Part shown: positions 1-13,200 of the stretch, one piece after another
Layout: every line of letters begins with the position of its first letter
Position numbering within the stretch: position 1 is the stretch's first letter
Source of the DNA: Eledone cirrhosa
Lineage: Eukaryota
Direction of reading: 5' to 3'
Length of the DNA: 64,000 bases
Assembly: GCA_964016885.1 (NCBI GenBank)
Contig: OZ024748.1
Span: 37,572,001 to 37,636,000 of the forward strand
The notes under the pieces: generated by a model
Databases searched by the model: none
Told to the model about the DNA's origin: nothing
The model's input: only the letters and a program-made list of their open reading frames with translations
Position numbers and translations under genes: made by a program

Positions 1-3000
1 TGTCAGTGTCAGTGTTAACTACCTCTAGATCTAGTATGACAATGTTAGTGTCAGTGTTAACTACCTCTAGATCTAGTGTGACAATGTCAGTGTCAGAGTT
101 AACTACCTCAAGATCTAGTGTGACAATGTTAGTGTCAGTGTTAACTACCTCTAGATCTAGTGTGACAATGTTAGTGTCAGTGTTAACTACCTCTAGATCT
201 AGTGTGACAATGTTAGTGTCAGTGTTAACTACCACTAGATCTAGTATGACAATGTCATAGTTAACTACCTCTAGATCTAGTATGACAATGTCAGTGTCAG
301 TGTTAACTACCTCTAGATCTAGTGTGACAATGTTAGTGTCAGTGTTAACTACCTCTAGATCTAGTATGACAATGTTAGTGTCATTGTTAACTACCTCTAG
401 ATCTAGTGTGACAATGTTAGTGTCAGTGTTAACTACCTCTAGATCTAGTATGACAATGTCAGTGTCAGTGTTAACTACCTCTAGATCTAGTATGACAATG
501 TCAGTGTCAGTGTTAACTACCTCTAGATCTAGTATGACAATGTTAGTGTCAGTGTTAACTACCTCTAGATCTAGTGTGACAATGTTAATGTCAGTGTTAA
601 CTACCTCTAGGTCTAGTATGACAATGTTAGTGTCAGTGTTAACTACCACTAGATCTAGTATGACAATGTTAGTGTCAGTGTTAACTACCTCTAGATCTAG
701 TATGGCAATGTTAGTGACAGTGTTAACTACCTCTAGATCTAGTATGACAATGTTAGTGTCAGTGTTAACTACCTCTAGATCTAGTATGACAATGTCAGTG
801 TCATTGTTAACTATCTCTAGATCTAGTGTGACAATATCAGTGTCAGGGTTAACTACCTCAAGATCTAGTGTGACAATGTTAGTGTAAGTGTTAACAACCT
901 CTAGATCTAGTATGACAATGTTAGTGTCAGTGTTAACTACCTCTAGATCTAGTATGACAATGTCAGTGTCAGGGTTAACTACCTCAAGATCTAGTATGAC
1001 AATGTCAGTGTCAGTGTTAACTACCTCTAGATCTAGTGAGACGATGTTAGTGTCAGTGTTAACTACCTGTAGATCTAGTATGACAATGTCAGTGTCAGGG
1101 TTAACTACCTCTAGATCTACTATGACAATGTTAGTGTCAGTGTTAACTACCTCTAGATCTAGTGTGACAATGTTAGTGTCAGTGTTAACTACCACTAGAT
1201 CTAGTATGACAATGTCAGTGTCAGTGTTAACTACCTCTAGATCTAGTATTACAATGTTAGTGTCAGTGTTAACTACCTCTAGATCTAGTGTGACAATGTT
1301 AGTGTCAGTGTTAACTACCACTAGATGTAGTATGACAATGTCAGTGTCAGTGTTAACTACCTCTAGATCTAGTATGACAATGTTAGTGTCAGTGTTAACT
1401 ACCACTAGATCTAGTGTGACAATGTCAGTGTCAGTGTTAACTACCTCAAGATCTAGTGTGACAATGTTAGTGTCAGTGTTAACTACCTCTAGATCTAGTG
1501 TGACAATGTTAGTGTCAGTGTTAACTACCACTAGATCTAGTATGACAATGTCAGTGTCAGTGTTAACTACCTCTAGATCTAGTGTGACAATGTTAGTGTC
1601 AGTGTTAACTACCTGTAGATCTAGTATGACAATGTCAGTGTCAGGGTTAACTACCTCTAGATCTACTATGACAATGTTAGTGTCAGTGTTAACTACCACT
1701 AGATCTAGTATGACAATGTCAGTGTCAGGGTTAACTACCTCTAGATCTAGTATGACAATGTTAGTGTCAGTGTTAACTACCTCTAGATCTAGTATGACAA
1801 TGTTAGTGTCAGTGTTAACTACCTCTAGATCTAGTAAGACAATGTCAGTGTCAGGGTTAACTACCTCTAGATCTAGTATGACAATGTTAGTGTCAGTGTT
1901 AACTACCTCTAGATCTAGTATGACAATGTTAGTGTCAGTGTTAACTACCACTAGATCTAGTATGACAATGTCAGTGTCAGGGTTAACTACCTCTAGATCT
2001 AGTATGACAATGTTAGTGTCAGTGTTAACTACCTCTAGATCTAGTATGACAATGTTAGTGTCAGTGTTAACTACCTCAAGATCTAGTATGACAATGTTCG
2101 TGTCAGTGTTAACTACCTCTAGATATAGTATGACAATGTCAGTGTCAGGGTTAACTACCTCTAGATCTAGTATGACAATGTTAGTGTCAGTGTTAACTAC
2201 CTCTAGATCTAGTATGACAATGTTAGTGTCAGTGTTAACTACCTCTAGATCTAGTATGACAGTGTTCGTGTCAGTGTTAACTACCTCTAGATATAGTATG
2301 ACAATGTCAGTGTCAGTGTTAACTACCACTAGATCTAGTGTGACAATGTCAGTGTCAGTGTTAACTACCTCAAGATCTAGTGTGACAATGTTAGTGTCAG
2401 TGTTAACTACCTCTAGATCTAGTATGACAATGTTAGTGTCAGTGTTAACTACCACTAGATCTAGTGTGACAATGTCAGTGTCAGTGTTAACTACCTCAAG
2501 ATCTAGTGTGACAATGTTAGTGTCAGTGTTAACTACCTCTAGATCTAGTGTGACAATGTTAGTGTCAGTGTTAACTACCACTAGATCTAGTATGACAATG
2601 TCAGTGTCAGTGTTAACTACCTCTAGATCTAGTATGACAATGTTAGTGTCAGTGTTAACTACCTCTAGATCTAGTGTGACAATGTCAGTGTCAGTGTTAA
2701 CTACCTCAAGATCTAGTGTGACAATGTTAGTGTCAGTGTTAACTACCTCTAGATCTAGTGTGACAATGTTAGTGTCAGTGTTAACTACCTCTAGATCTAG
2801 TGTGACAATGTTAGTGTCAGTGTTAACTACCACTAGATCTAGTATGACAATGTCATAGTTAACTACCTCTAGATCTAGTATGACAATGTCAGTGTCAGTG
2901 TTAACTACCTCTAGATCTAGTGTGACAATGTTAGTGTCAGTGTTAACTACCTCTAGATCTAGTATGACAATGTTAGTGTCATTGTTAACTACCTCTAGAT

Positions 3001-6000
3001 CTAGTGTGACAATGTTAGTGTCAGTGTTAACTACCTCTAGATCTAGTATGACAATGTCAGTGTCAGTGTTAACTACCTCTAGATCTAGTATGACAATGTC
3101 AGTGTCAGTGTTAACTACCTCTAGATCTAGTATGACAATGTTAGTGTCAGTGTTAACTACCTCTAGATCTAGTGTGACAATGTTAATGTCAGTGTTAACT
3201 ACCTCTAGATCTAGTATGACAATGTTAGTGTCAGTGTTAACAACCACTAGATCTAGTATGACAATGTTAGTGTCAGTGTTAACTACCTCTAGATCTAGTA
3301 TGGCAATGTTAGTGACAGTGTTAACTACCTCTAGATCTAGTATGACAATGTTAGTGTCAGTGTTAACTACCTCTAGATCTAGTATGACAATGTCAGTGTC
3401 ATTGTTAACTATCTCTAGATCTAGTGTGACAATATCAGTGTCAGGGTTAACTACCTCAAGATCTAGTGTGACAATGTTAGTGTAAGTGTTAACAACCTCT
3501 AGATCTAGTATGACAATGTTAGTGTCAGTTTTAACTACCTCTAGATCTAGTATGACAATGTCAGTGTCAGGGTTAACTACCTCAAGATCTAGTATGACAA
3601 TGTCAGTGTCAGTGTTAACTACCTCTAGATCTAGTGAGACGATGTTAGTGTCAGTGTTAACTACCTGTAGATCTAGTATGACAATGTCAGTGTCAGGGTT
3701 AACTACCTCTAGATCTACTATGACAATGTTAGTGTCAGTGTTAACTACCACTAGATCTAGTGTGACAATGTTAGTGTCAGTGTTAACTACCTCTAGATCT
3801 AGTGTGACAATGTTAGTGTCAGTGTTAACTACCACTAGATCTAGTATGACAATGTCAGTGTCAGTGTTAACTACCTCTAGATCTAGTATTACAATGTTAG
3901 TGTCAGTGTTAACTACCTCTAGATCTAGTGTGACAATGTTAGTGTCAGTGTTAACTACCACTAGATGTAGTATGACAATGTCAGTGTCAGTGTTAACTAC
4001 CTCTAGATCTAGTATGACAATGTTAGTGTCAGTGTTAACTACCACTAGATCTAGTGTGACAATGTCAGTGTCAGTGTTAACTACCTCAAGATCTAGTGTG
4101 ACAATGTTAGTGTCAGTGTTAACTACCTCTAGATCTAGTGTGACAATGTTAGTGTCAGTGTTAACTACCACTAGATGTAGTATGACAATGTCAGTGTCAG
4201 TGTTAACTACCTCTAGATCTAGTATGACAATGTTAGTGTCAGTGTTAACTACCACTAGATCTAGTGTGACAATGTCAGTGTCAGTGTTAACTACCTCAAG
4301 ATCTAGTATGACAATGTCAGTGTCAGTGTTACCTACCTCTAGATCTAGTGTGACAATGTTAGTGTCAGTGTTAACTACCTCTAGATATAGTATGACAATG
4401 TCAGTGTCAGTGTTAACTACCTCTAGATCTAGTATGACAATGTTAGTGTCAGTGTTAACTACCTCTAGATATAGTATGACAATGTCAGTGTCAGTGTTAA
4501 CTACCTCTAGATCTAGTATGACAATGTTCGTGTCAGTGTTAACTACCTCTAGATATAGTATGACAATGTCAGTGTCAGTGTTAACTACCACTAGATCTAG
4601 TGTGACAATGTCAGTGTCAGTGTTAACTACCTCAAGATCTAGTGTGACAATGTTAGTGTCAGTGTTAACTACCTCTAGATCTAGTATGACAATGTTAGTG
4701 TCAGTGTTAACTACCACTAGATCTAGTGTGACAATGTCAGTGTCAGTGTTAACTACCTCAAGATCTAGTGTGACAATGTTAGTGTCAGTGTTAACTACCT
4801 CTAGATCTAGTGTGACAATGTTAGTGTCAGTGTTAACTACCACTAGATCTAGTATGACAATGTCAGTGTCAGTGTTAACTACCTCTAGATCTAGTGTGAC
4901 AATGTTAGTGTCAGTGTTAACTACCACTAGATCTAGTATGACAATGTCAGTGTCAGTGTTAACTACCTCTAGATCTAGTATGACAATGTTCGTGTCAGTG
5001 TTAACTACCTCTAGATATAGTATGACAATGTCAGTGTCAGTGTTAACTACCACTAGATCTAGTGTGACAATGTCAGTGTCAGTGTTAACTACCTCAAGAT
5101 CTAGTGTGACAATGTTAGTGTCAGTGTTAACTACCTCTAGATCTAGTGTGACAATGTTAGTGTCAGTGTTAACTACCACTAGATCTAGTATGACAATGTC
5201 AGTGTCAGTGTTAACTACCTCTAGATCTAGTGTGACAATGTTAGTGTCAGTGTTAACTACCACTAGATCTAGTATGACAATGTCAGTGTCAGTGTTAACT
5301 ACCTCTAGATCTAGTATGACAATGTTAGTGTCAGTGTTAACTACCTCTAGATCTAGTGTGACAATGTCAGTGTCAGTGTTAACTACCTCAAGATCTAGTG
5401 TGACAATGTTAGTGTCAGTGTTAACTACCTCTAGATCTAGTGTGACAATGTTACTGTCAGTGTTAACTACCTCTAGATATAGTATGACAATGTCAGTGTC
5501 AGTGTTAACTACCTCTAGATATAGTATGACAATGTCAGTGTCAGTGTTAACTACCACAAGATCTAGTGTGACAATGTTAGTGTCAGTGTTAACTACCTCT
5601 AGATCTAGTATGACAATGTCAGTGTCAGTGTTAACTACCTCTAGATCTAGTATGACAATGTCAGTGTCAGTGTTAACTACCTCTAGATCTAGTATGACAA
5701 TGTTAGTGTCAGTGTTAACTACCTCTAGATCTAGTGTGACAATGTTAGTGTCAGTGTTAACTACCTCTAGATATAGTATGACAATGTCAGTGTCAGGGTT
5801 AACTACCTCAAGATCTAGTATGACAATGTCAGTGTCAGTGTTAACTACCTCTAGATCTAGTGAGACGATGTTAGTGTCAGTGTTAACTACCTGTAGATCT
5901 AGTATGACAATGTCAGTGTCAGGGTTAACTACCTCTAGATCTACTATGACAATGTTAGTGTCAGTGTTAACTACCACTAGATCTAGTATGACAATGTCAG

Positions 6001-9000
6001 TGTCAGTGTTACCTACCTCTAGATCTAGTATGACAATGTTAGTGTCAGTGTTAACTACCACTAGATGTAGTTTGACAATGTCAGTGTCAGTGTTAACTAC
6101 CTCAAGATCTAGTGTGACAATGTTAGTGTCAGTGTTAACTACCTCTAGATCTAGTGTGACAATGTTAGTGTCAGTGTTAACTACCACTAGATCTAGTATG
6201 ACAATGTCAGTGTCAGTGTTAACTACCTCTAGATCTAGTATGACAATGTTCGTGTCAGTGTTAACTACCTCTAGATATAGTATGACAATGTCAGTGTCAG
6301 TGTTAACTACCACTAGATCTAGTGTGATAATGTCAGTGTCAGTGTTAACTACCTCAAGATCTAGTGTGACAATGTTAGTGTCAGTGTTAACTACCTCTAG
6401 ATCTAGTGTGACAATGTTAGTGTCAGTGTTAACTAGCTCTAGATCTAGTGTGACAATGTTAGTGTCAGTGTTAACTACCACTAGATCTAGTATGACAATG
6501 TCATAGTTAACTACCTCTAGATCTAGTATGACAATGTCAGTGTCAGTGTTAACTACCTCTAGATCTAGTGTGACAATGTTAGTGTCAGTGTTAACTACCT
6601 CTAGATCTAGTATGACAATGTTAGTGTCATTGTTAACTACCTCTAGATCTAGTGTGACAATGTTAGTGTCAGTGTTAACTACCTCTAGATCTAGTATCAC
6701 AATGTCAGTGTCAGTGTTAACTACCTCTAGATCTAGTATGACAATGTCAGTGTCAGTGTTAACTACCTCTAGATCTAGTATGACAATGTTAGTGTCAGTG
6801 TTAACTACCTCTAGATCTAGTGTGACAATGTTAATGTCAGTGTTAACTACCTCTAGATCTAGTATGACAATGTTAGTGTCAGTGTTAACTACCACTAGAT
6901 CTAGTATGACAATGTTAGTGTCAGTGTTAACTACCTCTAGATCTAGTATGGCAATGTCAGTGTCAGTGTTAACTACCTCTAGATCTAGTATGACAATGTT
7001 AGTGTCAGTGTTAACTACCTCTGGATCTAGTATGACAATGTCAGTGTCAGTGTTAACTACCACTAGATCTAGTGTGACAATGTCAGTGTCAGGTTTACCT
7101 ACCTCAAGATCTAGTGTGACAATGTCAGTGTCAGTGTTAACTACCACTAGATCTAGTGTGACAATGTCAGTGTCAGGTTTAACTACCTTAAGATCTAGTG
7201 TGACAATGGTAGTGACAGTGTTAACTACCTCTAGATCTAGTATGACAATGTTAGTGTCAGTGTTAACTACCACTAGATCTAGTATGACAATGTTAGTGTC
7301 AGTGTTAACTACCTCTAGATCTAGTATGACAATGTTAGTGTCAGTGTTAACTACCTCTAGATCTAGTATGACAATGTCAGTGTCATTGTTAACTATCTCT
7401 AGATCTAGTGTGACAATATCAGTGTCAGGGTTAACTACCTCAAGATCTAGTGTGACAATGTTAGTGTCAGTGTTAACAACCTCTAGATCTAGTATGACAA
7501 TGTTAGTGTCAGTGTTAACTACCTCTAGATCTAGTATGACAATGTCAGTGTCAGGGTTAACTACCTCTAGATATAGTATGACAATGTCAGTGTTAACTAC
7601 CACAAGATCTAGTGTGACAATGTTAGTGTCAGTGTTAACTACCTCTAGATCTAGTATGACAATGTCAGTGTCAGTGTTAACTACCTCTAGATCTAGTATG
7701 ACAATGTTAGTGTCAGTGTTAACTACCTCTAGATCTAGTATGACAATGTCAGTGTCAGTGTTAACTACCTCTAGATCTAGTATGACAATGTTAGTGTCAG
7801 TGTTAACTACCTCTAGATATAGTATGACAATGTCAGTGTCAGTGTTAACTACCACAAGATCTAGTGTGACAATGTTAGTGTCAGTGTTAACTACCACAAG
7901 ATCTAGTGTGACAATGTTAGTGTCAGTGTTAACTACCTCTAGATCTAGTATGACAATGTCAGTGTCAGTGTTAACTACCTCTAGATCTAGTATGACAATG
8001 TCAGTGTCAGTGTTAACTACCTCTAGATCTAGTATGACAATGTTAGTGTCAGTGTTAACTACCTCTAGATCTAGTGTGACAATGTTAGTGTCAGTGTTAA
8101 CTACCTCTAGATATAGTATGACAATGTCAGTGTCAGTGTTAACTACCTCTAGATCTAGTGAGACGATGTTAGTGTCAGTGTTAACTACCTGTAGATCTAG
8201 TATGACAATGTCAGTGTCAGGGTTAACTACCTCTAGATCTACTATGACAATGTTAGTGTCAGTGTTAACTACCACTAGATCTAGTATGACAATGTCAGTG
8301 TCAGTGTTACCTACCTCTAGATCTAGTATGACAATGTTAGTGTCAGTGTTAACTACCACTAGATGTAGTTTGACAATGTCAGTGTCAGTATTAACTACCT
8401 CAAGATCTAGTGTGACAATGTTAGTGTCAGTGTTAACTACCTCTAGATCTAGTGTGACAATGTTAGTGTCAGTGTTAACTACGACTAGATCTAGTATGAC
8501 AATGTCAGTGTCAGTGTTAACTACCTCTAGATCTAGTATGACAATGTTCGTGTCAGTGTTAACTACCTCAAGATATAGTATGACAATGTCAGTGTCAGTG
8601 TTAACTACCACTAGATCTAGTGTGATAATGTCAGTGTCAGTGTTAACTACCTCAAGATCTAGTGTGACAATGTTAGTGTCAGTGTTAACTACCTCTAGAT
8701 CTAGTGTGACAATGTTAGTGTCAGTGTTAACTAGCTCTAGATCTAGTGTGACAATGTTAGTGTCAGTGTTAACTACCACTAGATCTAGTATGACAATGTC
8801 ATAGTTAACTACCTCTAGATCTAGTATGACAATGTCAGTGTCAGTGTTAACTACCTCTAGATCTAGTGTGACAATGTTAGTGTCAGTGTTAACTACCTCT
8901 AGATCTAGTATGACAATGTTAGTGTCATTGTTAACTACCTCTAGATCTAGTGTGACAATGTTAGTGTCAGTGTTAACTACCTCTAGATCTAGTATGACAA

Positions 9001-10250
9001 TGTCAGTGTCAGTGTTAACTACCTCTAGATCTAGTATGACAATGTCAGTGTCAGTGTTAACTACCTCTAGATCTAGTATGACAATGTTAGTGTCAGTGTT
9101 AACTACCTCTAGATCTAGTGTGACAATGTTAATGTCAGTGTTAACTACCTCTAGATCTAGTATGACAATGTTAGTGTCAGTGTTAACTACCACTAGATCT
9201 AGTATGACAATGTTAGTGTCAGTGTTAACTACCTCTAGATCTAGTATGGCAATGTCAGTGTCAGTGTTAACTACCTCTAGATCTAGTATGACAATGTTAG
9301 TGTCAGTGTTAACTACCTCTAGATCTAGTATGACAATGTCAGTGTCAGTGTTAACTACCACTAGATCTAGTGTGACAATGTCAGTGTCAGGTTTACCTAC
9401 CTCAAGATCTAGTGTGACAATGTCAGTGTCAGTGTTAACTACCACTAGATCTAGTGTGACAATGTCAGTGTCAGGTTTAACTACCTCAAGATCTAGTGTG
9501 ACAATGTTAGTGACAGTGTTAACTACCTCTAGATCTAGTATGACAATGTTAGTGTCAGTGTTAACTACCACTAGATCTAGTATGACAATGTTAGTGTCAG
9601 TGTTAACTACCTCTAGATCTAGTATGACAATGTTAGTGTCAGTGTTAACTACCTCTAGATCTAGTATGACAATGTCAGTGTCATTGTTAACTATCTCTAG
9701 ATCTAGTGTGACAATATCAGTGTCAGGGTTAACTACCTCAAGATCTAGTGTGACAATGTTAGTGTCAGTGTTAACAACCTCTAGATCTAGTATGACAATG
9801 TTAGTGTCAGTGTTAACTACCTCTAGATCTAGTATGACAATGTCAGTGTCAGGGTTAACTACCTCAAGATCTAGTATGACAATGTCAGTGTCAGTGTTAA
9901 CTACCTCTAGATCTAGTGAGACGATGTTAGTGTCAGTGTTAACTACCTGTAGATCTAGTATGACAATGTCAGTGTCAGGGTTAACTACCTCTAGATCTAC
10001 TATGACAATGTTAGTGTCAGTGTTAACTACCACTAGATCTAGTGTGACAATGTTAGTGTCAGTGTTAACTACCTCTAGATCTAGTGTGACAATGTTAGTG
10101 TCAGTGTTAACTACCACTAGATCTAGTATGACAATGTCAGTGTCAGTGTTAACTACCTCTAGATCTAGTATTACAATGTTAGTGTCAGTGTTAACTACCT
10201 CTAGATCTAGTGTGACAATGTTAGTGTCAGTGTTAACTACCTCTAGATCT
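1..10250. repeat. Sub-family 1 domain with an irregular 2.3-3.6 kb higher-order repeat
   Basis: Almost all monomers are 42-mers, with frequent CCTCAAGA, GTCAGGGTT, AGATATAG and AGTGTGAC variants. The marker 36-mer TGTCATAGTTAA has its TAG ending at 260, 2858, 6506 and 8804. The spacings are 2598=61x42+36, 3648=86x42+36 and 2298=53x42+2x36. ORFs 282..887 and 2880..3485 translate identically. The right boundary is approximate. Confidence 0.85.
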
Positions 10251-13200
10251 AGTATGGCAATGTCAGTGTCAGTGTTAACTACCTCTAGATCTAGTATGAC
10301 AATGTTAGTGTCAGTGTTAACTACCTCTAGATCTAGTATGGCAATGTCAGTGTCAGTGTTAACTATCTCTAGATCTAGTATGTCAGTGTCAATGTTAACT
10401 ACCTCTAGATCTAGTGTGACAATGTTAGTGTCAGTGTTAACTACCACTAGATCTAGTAACGCAATGTCAGTGTCAGTGTTAACTACCTCTAGATCTAGTA
10501 TGACGATGTTAGTTTCAGTGTTATCTACCTCTAGATCTAGTATGACAATGTTAGTATCAGTGTTAAATACCACTAGATCTAGTATGGCAATGTCAGTGTT
10601 AACTACCTCTAGATCTAGTATGGCAATGTAAGTGTTAACTACCTCTAGATCTAGTATGACAATGTAAGTGATAACTACCTTTAGATCTAGTATGGCAATG
10701 TAAGTGATAACTACCTCTAGATCTAGTATGGCAATGTATGTGATAACTACCTCTAGATCTAGGATGACAATGTTAGTGTCAGTGTTAACTACCTCTAGAT
10801 CTAGTATGGCAATGTCAGTGTTAACTACCACTAGATCTAGTATGACAATGTTAGTGTCAGTGTTAACTACCACCAGATCTAGTATGGCAATGTTAGTGTC
10901 AGTGTTAACTACCTCTAGATCTAGTATGACAATGTTAGTGTCAGTGTTAACTACCTCTAGATCTAGTATGACAATGTCAGAGTTAACTACCACTAGATCT
11001 AGTATGTAAATGTCAGTGTCAGTGTTAACTACCACTAGATCTAGTATGGCAATGTCAGTGTCAGTGTTAACTACCTCTAGATCTAGTATGACAATGTTAG
11101 TGTCAGTGTTAACTACCACTAGATCTAGTATGTCAATGTCAGTGTCAGTGATAACTACCTCTAGATCTAGTATGACAATGTCAGTGTTAACAACCTCTAG
11201 ATCGAGTGTGACAATGTTAGTGTCAGTGTTAATTACCACTAGATCTAGTATGACAATGTTAGTATCAGTGTTAACTACCTCTAGATCTAGTATGGCAATG
11301 TCAGACTTAACTACCTCTAGATCTAGTATGGCAATGTCAGTGTTAACTACCTCTAGGTCTAGTATGGCAATGTAAGTGTTAACTACCTCTAGATCTATTA
11401 TGACAATGTTAGTGTCAGTGTTAACTACCTCTAGATCTAGTATGACAATGTTAGTGTCAGAGTTTACTACCTCTAGATCTAGTGTGACAATGTTAGTGTC
11501 AGTGTTAACTACCTCTAGATCTATTATGACAATGTCAGTGTCAGTGTTAACTACCTCTAGATCTAGTATGACAATGTCAGTGTCAGTGTTAACTACCTCT
11601 AGATCTATTATGACAATGTCAGTGTCAGTGTTAACTACCTCTAGATCTAGTATGACAATGTCAGTGTCAGAGTTAACTACCACTAGATCTAGTATGACAA
11701 TGTCAGTGTCAGTGTTAACTACCTCTAGATCTAGTGTGACAATGTTAGTGTCAGTGTTAACTACCTCTAGATCTAGTATGGCAATCTCAGTGTCAGTGTT
11801 AACTACCTCTAGATCTAGTATGACAATGTTAGTGTCAGTGTTAACTACCTCTAGATCTAGTATGGCAATGTCAGTGTCAGTGTTAACTACCTCTAGATCT
11901 AGTATGACAATGTTAGTGTCAGTGTTAACTACCTCTAGATCTAGTATGGCAATGTCAGTGTCAGTGTTAACTACCTCTAGATCTATTATGACAATGTCAG
12001 TGTCAGTGTTAACTACCTCTAGATCTAGTATGACAATGTTAGTGTCAGTGTTAACTACCTCTAGATCTAGTATGGCAATGTTAGTGTCAGTGTTAACTAC
12101 CTCTAGATCTAGTGTGACAATGTTAGTGTCAGTGTTAACTACCTCTAGATCTAGTATGGCAATGTCAGTGTCAGTGTTAACTACCTCTAGATCTAGTATG
12201 ACAATGTTAGTGTCAGTGTTAACTACCTCTAGATCTAGTATGGCAATGTCAATGTCAGTGTTAACTACCTCTAGATCTAGTATGACAATGTTAGTGTCAG
12301 TGTTAACTACCTCTAGATCTAGTATGGCAATGTCAGTGTCAGTGTTAACTACCTCTAGATCTAGTATGACAATTTTAGTGTCAGTGTTAACTACCTCTAG
12401 ATCTAGTATGGCAATGTATGTGATAACTACCTCTAGATCTAGTATGGCAATGTATGTGATAACTACCTCTAGATCTAGGATGACAATGTTAGTGTCAGAG
12501 TTTACTACCTCTAGATCTAGTGTGACAATGTTAGTGACAGTGTTAACTACCTCTAGATCTAGTATGACAATGTTAGTGTCAGTGTTAACTACCTCTAGAT
12601 CTAGTATGGCAATGTCAGTGTTATCTACCACTAGATCTAGTATGACAATGTTAGTGTCAGTGTTAACTACCTCTAGATCTAGTATGACAATGTTAGTGTC
12701 AGTGTTAACTACCACCAGATCTAGTATGGCAATGTCAGTGTCAGTGTTAACTACCTCTCGATCTAGTATGGCAATGTAAATGTTAACTACCACCAGATCT
12801 AGTATGGCAATGTTAGTGTCAGTGTTAACTACCTCTAGATCTAGTATGACAATGTTAGTGTCAGTGTTAACTACCTCTAGATCTAGTATGACAATGTCAG
12901 TGTCAGTGTTAACTACCTCTAGATCTAGTATGACAATGTTAGTGTCAGTATTAACTACCTCTAGATCTAGTGTGACAATGTTAGTGTCAGTGATAACTAC
13001 CTCTAGATCTAGTATGACAATGTTAGTGTCAGTGTTAACTACCACTAGATCTAGTATGACAATGTCAGTGTCAGTGTTAACTACCTCTAGATCTAGTATG
13101 ACAAAGTGTCAGTGTTAACTACCTCTAGATCTAGTATGACAATGTTACTGTCAGTGTTAACTACCACTAGATCTAGCATGACAATGTTAGTATCAGTGTT

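Noticed and set aside
14-34. HpaI (GTTAAC), XbaI (TCTAGA), BglII (AGATCT) and GATC sites as evidence of a synthetic concatemer or restriction/Dam-related element
   Set aside because: Nested, phylogenetically ordered variants and kb-scale duplications indicate natural evolution, and the sites follow from the palindromic hexamers. They are only useful for a diagnostic digest ladder.
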